A DNA stretch of 64,000 nucleotides from Octopus vulgaris (Eukaryota), in assembly GCA_951406725.2 (NCBI GenBank), contig OX597817.1:129146001-129210000 (forward strand). Direction: 5' to 3'. Shown here in pieces: positions 26,231-38,962 of the stretch. The position numbers were made by a program, and so were the translations under genes. Each line of letters starts with the position of its first letter. Positions within the stretch are counted from its first letter, which is position 1. The notes beneath the pieces were generated by a model. The model was not told the DNA's origin. It searched no databases and saw only the letters and a program-made list of their open reading frames with translations.

Positions 26231-26399
26231 ATACTATTATTTTCATGGAAGATTTAGCTGCTGTATCTAGTGTGTATGGTGACCACATACAGGCTTCTTC
26301 GTTGTTAATAATGTTATAGATAATCACTGTGATTCCCAAGTAAAACAGTCCCCAACAGTGCCATAATTATCGTACCATTATCAAGATTAGCCAAACAAC

Positions 26400-27560
26400 C
26401 AAATTAACGCTTCGAATCATGCTCAACTAACTGAGGCACCAGGTATGAATATCATTGGCAAAGGAAAAGACAGATACTGTAAAAGCAGTTGCACTACTGA
26501 TCAGAGCTTTAAGCTCCACACCACCTGTCAGAGATACTGTCAGAATGAAAAAGAACTCTACCACGCATGTCTCCCTAGATTTTAAGAAGGCGTATGACAG
26601 AATCTGGCATGGTGCTCTGTGAGTGAAAAATGAGACAGAAACTGATTTGTACTAAGCAAGAACTTTACGTGAAAGCAAGCAGTGCTGCCCACGTACAAGG
26701 CCCCATCGTGGTGTGGTTCCATACCACCTTTGGAGTCTCTCTGGAATCCTGTATCTCCTCAAACTCTCTTCAACATCTTGGAACTGACCATGAACTATGC
26801 TTTTGAAGACTACATGGGCTCAGTCATCTTCGGCGGTAAGAGCATCACAGACTTAAGATTTGGTGATGACAATGATGGATTTGTAGGATGCGAAGATGAA
26901 TTGGTTCAATTCATCCGTCCTGATAGAGATTTCAAGTTTGGGATAAGAATCAGTGCTGTAAAAACTAAACAAATAACTGATACCAACATCACTATCATAG
27001 TAGACATCTCTGTAACAATAACAGAAACTAGAGATAGTGTACCATTTCAAATATATGAGGACAATTGTTAATGAGAAAGGTTTATGACTCTTGCAAGAAC
27101 CGCAAGTGATTGCACAAAACAAATTCAAGCCAATATGGTGAAATATGAATATCACCATGAAATACTTAAATTCTTGCGTGCACTGATACTTTCTGTCGTC
27201 TCGCACGCATGCGAGACACAGACACTCACTGCAGAGAGCAGAGATAACGATACAGGCAATGGAAATAAAGTGCTATCGCGGGTCTCAAAGTCGTCTCGTA
27301 CTTGGATAGCGTCACAAATGAGCCGGTCCGCAAAATCATTTAAACTCTCATTGGCTCTCATGCTATGGTGAGATGGCCATTTAGCAAGGCTGCTATATAA
27401 CAAAAACAAAGACGTTCTTTAAGGAATTGTGAAAGAAATTAAAAGAAAGACAGACAAGTGAAATGATATTCGGATGATATCTACGAATGAGGAAGATTCT
27501 GACGGAAAGCTGAGCTGTGGCACACTACGAAGACAGATGAAGAAACTAACTGGTGCATCA
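26400..27560 (+). mobile_element. RTE-like LINE RT fragment
   Basis: LDFKKAYDRIWH, LFNILE, ITDLRFGDD (RFADD), FGIRISAVKTK, LSVVSHACETQTL (YACETWT-like) and GHLAR. Confidence 0.85.
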
Positions 27561-28061
27561 TGTCAGGTTAATGCCACCTCTGCAACTCTACTGAAATCTG
27601 AGTGCCCAAAACAAACCATACCAAGCCAAGTAGAGTCCTGGTCAACGTTGTTTGACTATCTCTCCAATATGACAGCAGCCGATCAATTGAAAAATCGAGA
27701 CAGTTTTAAATTATCATCATCCAATATATGAGAGAATCTAAGCATTTTGAGCTAAAATAAAAATCACGTTTTCTCAAATTGGAAGACTGCAAGGAACTAA
27801 GCCAAGTGATTTCATTTAAATCGAGAATAAATTCTTGATTTGTTCATTAAATTAAAGATCGCCAGAAAACGCAAGAAACCAGAATGAGAGCAAGATGTCA
27901 ATACCAATACGTTATAAAGCGAATGGAAATTGTATACTCGCGCGCACACACACACACACACATACACACACACACAGATGAACGTGCAAGCAGAGACATT
28001 TATCTACCTATCTATCTAGCTATCTATATATTTATACACACACACACACACATATATATAT

Positions 28062-28119
<58 letters not shown>

Positions 28120-28167
28120 GCATGCATGTATATATGTGTGTGTGCGTATATATATGTATATATATGC

Positions 28168-28198
<31 letters not shown>

Positions 28199-28367
28199 TG
28201 TATGTATGTATGTATGTATGTATGTATGTATAGTCGATCAAACTGCCTGTAATAGTCGTTAAAATCTCCTTCAAATAACAACAATAATGCTATCTTAATG
28301 TCATGACACATTGGACAAAAAACAAAGAAAAAAATCAATAGATAAATAAATAAAGCAAGCACGAAAG

Positions 28368-28428
<61 letters not shown>

Positions 28429-28960
28429 ATGAAAGAAAGAATGAAAGAGAGAAAGAAAGGAAGAAACGGAATGCTCACGGCTGGAACTCATTTGATCATA
28501 TATCTTTCTGATCATGGCTGACCTAGGGCTATGGACAAAAACAACAACAACAACAACAACGACGACGGCGATGGCGGCGGCAACGATATTAACAAAAGAA
28601 GAATGACATGAAAGATGACGTCGATAACAATAAGAACAAAGGCAAGCATAACCACTAAAAAGAACACGAACCACTACAATCACTATAGAAAACTTCTCCA
28701 CCTCTTTTACTATCCCTACTATCATTTCGTTATCATCATCATCGTCGTCGTCATCAGCATGGGCATCATCATCATTATTAACGTTATTATCGCTGTTCTC
28801 GTTGTAGTCCACGTCTTCGCCGTCATTACTAGCGTCTTATAAAAACGCCAGGATGAATACCCTTGTTAGAAATAACAGCAAAATCAGACTCAGTTCATGT
28901 CAACAATTGTTTTCTTTTTTAAAGAAAAAAATAGATTTGAGCGATTTGGTTAATGTCAGT

Positions 28961-29007
<47 letters not shown>

Positions 29008-29173
29008 TAATATAAACAAGACTGCCACGGATGGAAACTTTGACTTTAGGAGTGCGCGATCAAGTATCAAACAAAAACACGAATAAAGGAAACCACAAAA
29101 AAGCATTGAATGACTAACATCAGTGGTGAGCCAACTAGAACGACTGTCACAATAATCAAAATAATAATAATAA

Positions 29174-29250
<77 letters not shown>

Positions 29251-29251
<1 letters not shown>

Positions 29252-29859
29252 GGTAGGACACTATTTACATTGGAATATATGTAAACACTACAAAATTAAT
29301 GATATCAAAATCATCCTGAACCAGTCGTTGAAGGTAAAAATGTCACTATTATCTGGGATTTCCCAGCCAACACCGATAGAACGATTCAGGATAATCGACC
29401 AGACATAGTCATTAAAGACAGAGAAGAAAATACTTGTAGACTAATAGATGAAAGTGCTACCACTTAAAATATATCTGTAAAAGAATTTGACAAATTATGT
29501 AAGTATAAAGACCTGGAAATTGAAATACAAAAGATATGGCATCTACAAGCGAGAACTGTTCCTGTTATTGTAGGTGCTTTAGGTATGATAAGAAACGGAT
29601 GTCAGAAACATCTAGATAATATCCCAGGAGAAGCATGTCTCAGAGAAATTCAAAATCTTATTCTAGCAAGTACTGCTTTAGAAAGACATTATCAATTTAA
29701 ACGTCTGTGTTGTATTACATGAATATATTTCGCTACTGCTCTTCACCCCCCCCCTCACCAAGCTTTCAGTCATACTGTAATATCTCTTATCCTTCACTCG
29801 CCCAAGGGCGTTAGGTGTGTCTCAGCGAGAGATTGTAATAGACATGCAGATTAAAAGTA

Positions 29860-29860
<1 letters not shown>
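29251..29860 (+). mobile_element. R4/Dong-like 3' end (restriction-like endonuclease plus 3' UTR) within (TAA)n
   Basis: HWNICKHY..IWDF..DRTIQDNRPDIVIKD..KYKDLEIEIQKIW..VPVIVGALG; (TAA)n on both sides. Confidence 0.9.
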
Positions 29861-29944
<84 letters not shown>

Positions 29945-30129
29945 GTAATAATGATAATGAGAAGAAGAAGAAGAAGAAGAAGAAGAAGAAGAAGAAGAAG
30001 AAGAAAATGGCAACGGAGGTAGACTTCGTACCAACAAATCATCATCATCATGATTATGTTTCGCATGACTGTTTCCACGAACAACGACCTGCCGACGTAA
30101 GAGACTCTCTCTCCATCAAATCGAGGAAC

Positions 30130-30285
30130 AGGTACACGAGTCAATTGTCGAAATGATCGCTGGACAACGTGAGATGAAATGTTTTGCTCAAGATCACACA
30201 AAATGCAGCACCACGTCTAGGAGTTGAAATTACGATCGCTAGATCGTGAGTGCAACACCTTAACCACTTGAGCCATGTGCCTTCA
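30130..30285 (-). mobile_element. SINE family C head fragment
   Basis: The minus strand reads tgaaggcacatggctcaagtggttaagg..tcacgatc..ttgagcaaaacatttcatctcacgttg. Confidence 0.75.
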
Positions 30286-30291
30286 TACAAT

Positions 30292-30350
<59 letters not shown>

Positions 30351-30406
30351 ACAATAATAATAATAACAATAACAATAATAATAATAACAACAATAATAAT
30401 AATAAC

Positions 30407-30438
<32 letters not shown>

Positions 30439-30475
30439 TAATAATAATAATAACAATAATAATAATAATAACAAC

Positions 30476-30538
<63 letters not shown>
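30292..30538. repeat. (TAG)n plus (TAA/CAA)n compound microsatellite
   Basis: Seen directly. Confidence 0.98.
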
Positions 30539-30796
30539 TCTTATTTCATCGACACCGAAAAGATAAACGGCTAAGTCGACTTCGAGTTAAAACTCAGATT
30601 GAGCAGAGCCAGAGAAATACTGCAAGGTATTTCCAACCCACTAACGCTTCTGCCCAGGACATCGCCTTATCATTTCTTATATAGGTAGGCTATCAGAAAT
30701 TTTGTTATGAAGGGGTTAGTCGAGTATATCTCGTCTGAACTGGCTATACTGGATATACTCCTTTGTTTTATTGAACATGAAATAATGAACGATGAA

Positions 30797-31160
30797 AAAA
30801 GCACCATCCGCTCGTGTCCGTTGCCAGCCTCGCCTGGCCCCCGTGCCGGTGGCACGTAAAAGCACCATCCGTTCGTGTCCGTTGCCAGCCTCGCCTGGCC
30901 CCCGTGCCGGTGGCACGTAAAAGCACCATCCGTTCGTGGCCGTTTGCCAGCTCTGACTGGCACCTGTGCGGGTGGCACGTAAAAAGCACCCACTACACTG
31001 ATGGAGTGGTTGGCGTTAGGAAGGGCATCCAGCCGTAGAAACACTGCCAGATCAGACTGGGCCTGATGCAGCCTTCTGGCTTCACAGACCCCAGTTGAAC
31101 CGTCCAACCCATGCTAGCATGGAAAGCGGACGCTAAATGGTGATGATGATGATGATGAAG
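30797..31160 (+). mobile_element. Retroposon 3' segment with 61-bp tandem repeats and (GAT)n tail
   Basis: gcacc anchors at 30801, 30862, 30923 and 30986; then ggttggcgttaggaagggcatccagcc..acccatgctagcatgg..(gat)n. Confidence 0.8.
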
Positions 31161-31536
31161 TTGACCGCAGCAGGATTCGAATTCAAATACCACACGGCAT
31201 TTTGTTCGCTGCCCTATTGACTCTATCAAATCAATATTCAAACACATAAAAAGAAAAAAGAAAGCAAACCAAATAATATACTCATAAACAAACAAACAAC
31301 TGGATCACGGATACACACTTATGAGTGTTCTGTTATCACAGTGTGTGATGAAGAGCGACAAAACGCATAATGAACTTATTTGTCTTTGTAATGTTTATCT
31401 CCTACAACTAATATAAATATGTAACAAGAGATAAACTTATATCTAACTCAAGAGAAATTCTTCGGCAACCATTGGCTGAAACGATATCAGTTGATTTCTA
31501 GTGGTTGTTTAGTAATTGTTCTTTCTTCCTTCCTTC

Positions 31537-31572
<36 letters not shown>

Positions 31573-31807
31573 TTGGTTATCAAACATTGTAAACATTTTC
31601 TTTGTAACTCGACCTCGATTTAATAATGATTATTAACTTAGCCACAAGGCTACATATTTTGCAACAAACCCAGTACTTGATTCGGACTTACGAAAAATAA
31701 AATATCGACCTATGTAGGAGAAATTGATAAGTCGACCTTGGTTCAGATTTCATCTTTGGAAACAGAATACACACACACACATATATGTATGTTCTTTTAT
31801 TCCTTTA

Positions 31808-32179
31808 CTCTTTTATGTTTCAGTTATTTGACTGCGGCCATGCTGGTGCAATACCTTAAACGATTTTAGTCGAATAAATCGATCCCAGGACTTATTCTTT
31901 GTCAGCTTAGCACTTATGCTATCGGTCGTCATCGCCGAATCGCTCTTTTGTCAAGTGATGGTGAGGGGACAAATACAGCCACAAAGACACATTCATGAAT
32001 ATATACATATATATACGACGGGCTTCTTTCAGTTTCTGTCTATCAAATCCACTCACAAGGCTTTGTTCGGCCTGAGACAATTGTAAAAGCCAGCTGCCCA
32101 AGATGCCACACAATGGAACTGAACCCGGAACCATGCGGTTGGGAAGCAAGCTTCTTACCATACCAGCCACGCCTGCGCC
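31808..32179 (-). mobile_element. SINE family A
   Basis: Colinear with the other family A copies. Confidence 0.88.
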
Positions 32180-32525
32180 ATGTATGTGTATGCGTGTGGG
32201 CGTGTGTATGTGTGTGTGTGTGTGTGTATGTGTGTGTGTGTGTATTATTTCGACGATAAAATTTAATTTATTACGACCTACCACCAGTAATTCACTAAGC
32301 TTTTGTATGATATGAGTCTCATAAAAATGAATGGCAGGGTTATTGACCTCAGTGATAAGTGAACTCAGAACAGTTGTTCTAGATTTAATGGTACACATCT
32401 AACGTATTTTCGGATTGCAGTTAAACTCGATTATATCGATGTCAGTATTTCTAGCAGATTTAGTAATCGTATGAAGACCGTTTCAATTTGTGTTTGTTTG
32501 TTTTGTCAACCACTTTGTTATAGTG

Positions 32526-32827
32526 TTGTTGTTGTTGTTGTTGTTGTTGTTTGTTCCTTCTCGAGCCATGCCTGGCTCATAATGGCCGGTTTCCCCGGTT
32601 TCAATGACGTATAACTTTCCTACCTGGACGGGACGCCGGTCTGTCACAGATGAGCTGCTAAGATGCAGGAGGAAAGAATGAGAGAAAGTTGTGGCGAAAG
32701 AGTCAGCAGAAGTTCGCCATTACTTCTGCCGGAGCCGCGTGGAGCTTAGGTGTAAACATACACATCGCCCGGTCTGAGATTCGAACCCGCGCTCCCTGCT
32801 CTAACCACTAGGCTATGTGCCTCCACG
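32526..32827 (-). mobile_element. tRNA-derived SINE (family C-related) with (CAA)n tail and 11-bp TSD
   Basis: Head gtggaggcacatagcctagtggttagag..gggttcgaatc; TSD ttgttatagtg at 32515-32525 and 32828-32838. Confidence 0.88.
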
Positions 32828-33029
32828 TTGTTATAGTGCGAGTTTCATTCGAGCAGTTTTGAGGTATATTTAGAAGAAGCAATTACAACTGTCATAGATT
32901 GATGTAATTTTAGTATGTCATTATTACAATACACCAACTGTCAATTTTTGTTATATCAGATTGAAGAAGACGGCTGTAGCACTTTGAGCTCAACCTACAA
33001 AATACTGCTTGTTATAGCTAATTTCTAGA

Positions 33030-33245
33030 ATGCAGTCGAAACGTGAAAACAATTTGGATGCTCGCCATTCAATTCATTGCTACAGAAATGTTCCAGGCGG
33101 CTTATGGATTATCTTGTGTGAGCCGAGCATCTGTTTTTCATTGGCACAAGAGGCCAGGCAAAACAAGTCCATCGGGAAGCTCACAGTGATCCCCCATTTC
33201 GATAGCAAAGGCATCATCTACATCCACTGGGTTACCACTGAAACA
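33030..33245 (+). mobile_element. mariner transposase internal remnant
   Basis: RQNKSIGKLTVIPHFDSKGIIYIHWV resembles K.M..VFFD..GI. Confidence 0.6.
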
Positions 33246-33360
33246 TGCAACGGGTCATACTCATTCTTAAGCGTTAGCTACGGTTTATCATAAAACAATT
33301 ATAGGCATTCAGTTAATATATTGATCGTTAGTATTATCCAAATGGATACTTGTCTATATG

Positions 33361-33690
33361 CACGAGGGGTTTCCAAAAAAACCCCTGATTTTGCAATGTT
33401 ATTTCATTCACTTAGTTTTACATATTTACATTTTTATCGCCTTCAAAATATTCTCCATTTGAAGCTATGCATCTGTTCAGACGCGTTTTCCACTATTCGA
33501 TACAGTGTTGGAACTCTGAAAGTGATGCCTTTCAATGCCTCCGTCGTTTTTTGCTTAACCGCTTCACATCTTCATATTTTTCACTAGTAATGACCTTCGA
33601 AAAAAGGTCCGGATCAACTTCCAACTGTTCTTTCAGTTCATGACACGCATTTAGTCGTGACTGCATTTGATATTCTGTGAGAAGGCGAGA
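33361..33690 (-). mobile_element. mariner 3' remnant with TIR-like end
   Basis: The minus strand encodes FQHCIE*WKTRLNRCIASNGEYFE; cacgaggggt terminus. Confidence 0.75.
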
Positions 33691-33849
33691 CAGATTTTGC
33701 TGCAACTATTTTCATTCGCGTTTCGGGTTACTTTTGGGTACCTCCTCGTATGTAAACATACGGTTATGATTCTGCATACATATTTATTTGAATATTGCAG
33801 GAAACTTCACTCGAGAATACTGGTTTGCGTCAGCGTAACGCAAACACAA

Positions 33850-33880
<31 letters not shown>

Positions 33881-34407
33881 AATACATACATACGCATGCA
33901 CAAGCACATACGCAAACACAATCTTACATATATACACGCGTATATAAATAGATATGTATGTATGTATGTATGTAAGTATGTGTATACATGTAACTAGGGA
34001 GAGTCTTTATGCTAACTATAAACTCACGCGCAAGCTCAATTTCACTTCTTTATTATTATTATTCGCCAATTGGTTAGTTATTTAACCAGCTAATCGATTG
34101 TTTGCTTAATCAATCAATCAATTGTGTTTACTAAAGTTCTTTCGTTGCCATTCACGACATCTTCAATGACATGCCCTCTCTACTCCAGGTTAGCTTCTGA
34201 TCTGTCTCTTTCCTGGCTTCAGTTTTAATATTTGTATAGTTTTATGGATGCAAGTGTATACGCGGGAAAAGGGGAGTGTTTTGCTCTTGTATGTGAGTGT
34301 GCGTTCTTTTGTATGGCATGTGTGTATGTATGTGTGAACGCATGTTTGTGTGGTGTAGTTGGTTTTGTGAGGAAGTGCATTAGAGAGAAATAGAGAGATA
34401 GACCCAA

Positions 34408-34439
<32 letters not shown>

Positions 34440-34654
34440 GGAGAGACAAACAGTCAAACAAACTGATCGACAAACAGACAAAGTGTGCGTGCGTATGTGC
34501 GTGTATGTGTGTATGAATCTGCATTCATATCGCTATGCGAGTTCTGGTGTATGTGTCTGTGTGGATGTATTTTGCGTGGTGTAGTTGATTCTGTAAGTGT
34601 ATGGGTTTTTTGCTTTCTGCTCTGTGTGTGTGAGTGTATGTGTGCTTGTGCGTG

Positions 34655-34696
<42 letters not shown>

Positions 34697-34924
34697 TGTG
34701 TCTGTGTCTGTGTCTGTGTCTGCGTATGTGTGTCTTGGAGTGTTTGAATTATTTATAGATAATCTGTAGTTTTATTTACTAATTCAAAGAAATACGGATC
34801 TTCATGTCCGCTCACTTAATGTCTACTCGTATTAAACAAATGAACAAATGGTTTCACACATGCATCTCTGTTGTGTGTTTTAAGCTTAATAACGTAGTGT
34901 GTTGGCAGGTAAGTAGGTAAATAA

Positions 34925-35314
34925 GGCGGCGAGCTGGCAGAACCGTTAGCACGTCGGGCGAAATGCGTAGCCGTATTTCGTCTGCCGTTACGCTCTGAGT
35001 TCAAACTCCACCGAGGTCGACTTTGCCTTTCATCCTTTCGGGGTCGATAAATTAAGTACCAGGTACGCACTGGGGTCGATGTAATCGACTTAATCCGTTT
35101 GTCTGTTCTAGCCCCTTGTGAGTTGTAAATAAATAGGTATTTCATCTGCCGCTACGTTCTGAGTTCCAATTCCGCCGAGGTTGACTTTGCCTTTCATCCT
35201 TTCGGGGTCGATAAATTCAGTACCAGTTACGCACTAGGGTCGATGTAATCCATTTAATCCGTTCGTCCTTGTTTGTCCCCTCTGTGTTTAGCCCCTTGTG
35301 GGTAGTAAAGAAAT
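34925..35314 (+). mobile_element. SINE family B with tandem partial duplication and 13-bp flanking direct repeat
   Basis: Full monomer to ~35135, second monomer lacks the head; aggtaagtaggta at 34907-34919 and 35315-35327. Confidence 0.92.
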
Positions 35315-36058
35315 AGGTAAGTAGGTAGGTACGTACGTACGTACGTAAATTTGTTTGTTTTGTTTGGTTAGTTGGCTGGTTGGTTGGTAGAAAGGAAACA
35401 GAAAAATCCGGATAAACTATCAATGGACTGTGTCAGAAAAAGAAAGAACTAGTATTCTTGACAGAGTCTCTCATCCGAAGGTAGAAGTAAAATAAATAAG
35501 ATTATAGAAAATACAATTCCAGTCACTCACTCACAAGATATTCCCAGAAATGCTTTTAGATGTTTGAAGAAATATGGTTTTCCAGCTCCTGTCAGGGCTT
35601 AAACAGCCATCTACATTCACATCCTGGACCACCAGCTTACTGTCCAGGTTCAAGAAGATTATCCATACCAAGGATTTCTGAAATAACACTACAATCCTGC
35701 CAGTTGATGAATTGGTTCACTGAAAGCTGGTAAAGTTTATGTAGACAGATGACAGAAGTTTGACTCAATGCATAGATAGAAGATATTTAAAGGAGTGAAA
35801 AGCATAAATTTCTCATATGGCTGATTTAATGCAGCAAAAACATCATCATTTATAAAATTACATTGTTAACATACATAATTTGTAAGTGGGGAAGAGATGA
35901 AAAAACGTAACTCAAAATACCAGGTAAAACGACAGGTATAATGGAAAGTGGAAATAACAGATAGAAAAGTGGGTAGAAAAGTAATTAGGCTGAAAGAAAA
36001 GCAGATAAATAAATTGTAGGTAAATGTATATACAAGTAGGCAGGGAGACAGGTAGAGA

Positions 36059-36132
<74 letters not shown>

Positions 36133-36188
36133 CGTGCGTGCGTGTGTTTATGTATGTATCATCTATGTATGTATAGATATATTTATAT

Positions 36189-36596
36189 GGCTTTGCGAGT
36201 TACGGACAGAAAGCTACAATGGAAAGCTCATAGTATAATAACTGTATATAATATATATCATAATGATATGTATTCTCCGATTCGAAGCGACAATTTTTAA
36301 ATACAAACAAATGACTGAAAAATGATGAGCTAACATCAGGCAGAATCGAGCTCATAAATCAACGCTTTCATGGCTCCTTGCGAATTTGACTGGCCAAACG
36401 GTCACCTATCAATTTCAGTTAAATTTAGTCAATATATACTTCAACTGTCTTGATACTACATAAACAATATTTTTTGTAAACAAACCCGAAAGGCTCTGCG
36501 AGTTACGGAGGGAAACCTACTATGGAAGGGTCATAGTATAATAGCTGTATAATAACTTTATATAACATATATCATAATGATATTTATTCCCCGATT
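36189..36596. repeat. Direct repeats (36189-36282 / 36492-36596) around a tRNA-like segment
   Basis: ggct.tgcgagttacgga..tatgga/aatgga..tcatagtataata..atcataatgatat..ccgatt in both copies. Confidence 0.8.
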
Positions 36597-36612
36597 ATAT
36601 ATTATATACAGT

Positions 36613-36654
<42 letters not shown>

Positions 36655-36659
<5 letters not shown>

Positions 36660-36845
36660 ATCCAAACATGAACAAAGAGACAGCACAACAACGCGAGGAC
36701 GTGGAATAACTACAGTGTTATTGGACACTCAGGAAAGGAAAGAAGGAGGATTTCACGTTTCGAGTGGAGCTCTTCGTCAGAAATATAGAGAAAGTGCAAA
36801 GAAGGGAAGACGGAGAAAGGAAATCGCCAACGATACACACGCGGC

Positions 36846-36850
<5 letters not shown>
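36655..36850 (-). mobile_element. PLE-type terminal fragment with hammerhead-like motif
   Basis: The minus strand reads attt-CTGACGA-AGAG-ctcca-CTC-GAAAC-GTG-aaat; embedded in (TA)n. Confidence 0.65.
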
Positions 36851-36886
<36 letters not shown>

Positions 36887-36953
36887 CACAAAATATATAA
36901 AACAAACTAATGTCTGTTTACATATAAACGTTATAAATATATATGTATGTGTT

Positions 36954-36985
<32 letters not shown>

Positions 36986-37124
36986 CGTGTGTGTGTGTGT
37001 GCGTATTTAATCAAGAAGATATATAAGTATGATGATGGGTTGTTAGAGAGGCAAGATATAGGTAAATAGTTAATCAGGTGGGTGCAATGCGAAATGGAAA
37101 ACGATAGTATTTTTCTTGGAATAT

Positions 37125-37290
37125 TTGCTTCCCTCTTTCAGGACCTTTCTTCTCTCCTCTTTATGACGAAGAGCTATGCTCGAAGCGTTACAACCCATCT
37201 TTTTCTGTTAAATTGAGCGTCAACCAAATGCATTTTCTGTGTATCTCCTTTTCCCTTGTGTTCTTTTCTTTTTCTTTTTCATCGCCTATA
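37125..37290 (+). mobile_element. PLE-type terminal fragment, degenerate hammerhead motif
   Basis: aTGACGA-AGAGC-tat-GCTC-GAAGC-GTT at 37163-37189; distantly similar to the 36655 and 58200 termini. Confidence 0.5.
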
Positions 37291-37310
37291 TGTGTGTGTG
37301 TGTGTATGTG

Positions 37311-37341
<31 letters not shown>

Positions 37342-37404
37342 GTGGGGAAAAGTAGGCAGCTAGGGAGTATATTTGAAAATGGATGTAAATTTTGCTAGCA
37401 ATAC

Positions 37405-37443
<39 letters not shown>

Positions 37444-37448
<5 letters not shown>

Positions 37449-37784
37449 AAGACCCCCTTCGGTCATGAATGACCATGGGATTGCACCTAGAAAGTTACCC
37501 TCCTAGACACAAGTCCGGGCAAGGTTGTTTATAGAAGACCAGCAGTCGTCCATGCATACCAGCCTCCCCTCTCCACGCCACCAGTGTTATCCAAGGGAAA
37601 GACATTGGTCGATACAGCTTGGCACCAGTGACGTCGCAACTCATTTCTACAGCTGAGTGAACTGGAGCAACGTGAAATAAAGTGCCTTGCTCAAGAACAC
37701 AACACGCAGCCCGGTCCGGGATTCGAGCTCACAACCTCACGATCGTAAGCTCGACGCTCTAACCACTGAGCCATGCGCCTTCAC
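37444..37784 (-). mobile_element. tRNA(Arg)-like SINE family C, full length, in (TA)n
   Basis: A-box tggctcagtgg, ACG anticodon-like cttacgatc, B-box gagctcgaatcc, gtgttcttgagcaaggcactt central domain. Confidence 0.92.
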
Positions 37785-37785
37785 T

Positions 37786-37822
<37 letters not shown>

Positions 37823-38545
37823 GGGTATCGATAAATACAGCTATATAGCTAGTTATGGGGAAGAGTAGACACGTAGGTAGATAAGTAAGATGGTAAGGAA
37901 GAAATTAAAGACTTAATTAGGTCAATGGTAAAATTAATATATCCATTTGTTTTTGTGTGTGTGCATGTGTGCGTGTGTGTGTGGGGGGGGTATGTATGTG
38001 TGAGCATGAATATATATGTATATATATATATGTATGTGTGTGTGTGTGTGTGTGTATACATATGTGTGGTGGGGAGGGAGCGAATGAGAGAAGGACATAA
38101 AGGAATGACAGTATGACAGATATGAATGTAAAGATATACGATGTGGCACGAGGCAAGAGATTCACAAACGATAAGGATGTTAGCATATCTCATATTCAGT
38201 CACTTTTTTTTGTATTTTCATCCTTACTTTCATTCCCAGATGCCATCTATGAATATATATACATATATGTGCGTGTGTGTGTGTGTGTGTGTGTGTGCGT
38301 GCGTGCGTGTATGCTCATATGCATGTTTCCATATTATGTATGTGCGTATGTGTGAAAGTATGCATCTATGTATAGAAGAGAGTGAGGAATTATAAATGCA
38401 TATGCACATACATATATTGAATTCTATGATTCATAAACGCACACACACACACACACGCACACATGCATATATACATACATTTATATCTACACGCACACGC
38501 ACACACACATATATATGCATATAGATACATATATATATATACGTG

Positions 38546-38576
<31 letters not shown>

Positions 38577-38632
38577 GTATATATATATATATATGTATTT
38601 GTATGTATATATATATATATATATATAGATAT

Positions 38633-38687
<55 letters not shown>

Positions 38688-38698
38688 TACATATACAC

Positions 38699-38884
38699 TT
38701 TTACTTGTGGCCATGCTGGAGCACCACCTTTAGTCGAGCACATAGACCCCAGGACTTATTCTTTGTAAGCCTAGTACTTATTCTATCGGTCTCTTTTGCC
38801 GGACCGCTAAGTTACGGGGACGTAAACACACCAGCATCGGTTGTCAAGCGATGTTGGGGTGACACACACAGACACACAAACATG

Positions 38885-38948
<64 letters not shown>

Positions 38949-38962
38949 CATACGATGGGATG
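38699..38962 (-). mobile_element. SINE family A, 3' half
   Basis: Family A 3' body; abuts the LINE fragment. Confidence 0.85.

Noticed and set aside
28024-28812. 262-aa ORF
   Set aside because: A chain of simple repeats (CAT, CAA, GA, TATG).
35400-35800. Possible decayed retroelement coding sequence
   Set aside because: No motif could be read with confidence in any frame.
37700-37784. tRNA gene
   Set aside because: It is the tRNA-derived head of a SINE, continuous with the SINE body; the same applies to the other A/B-box hits.
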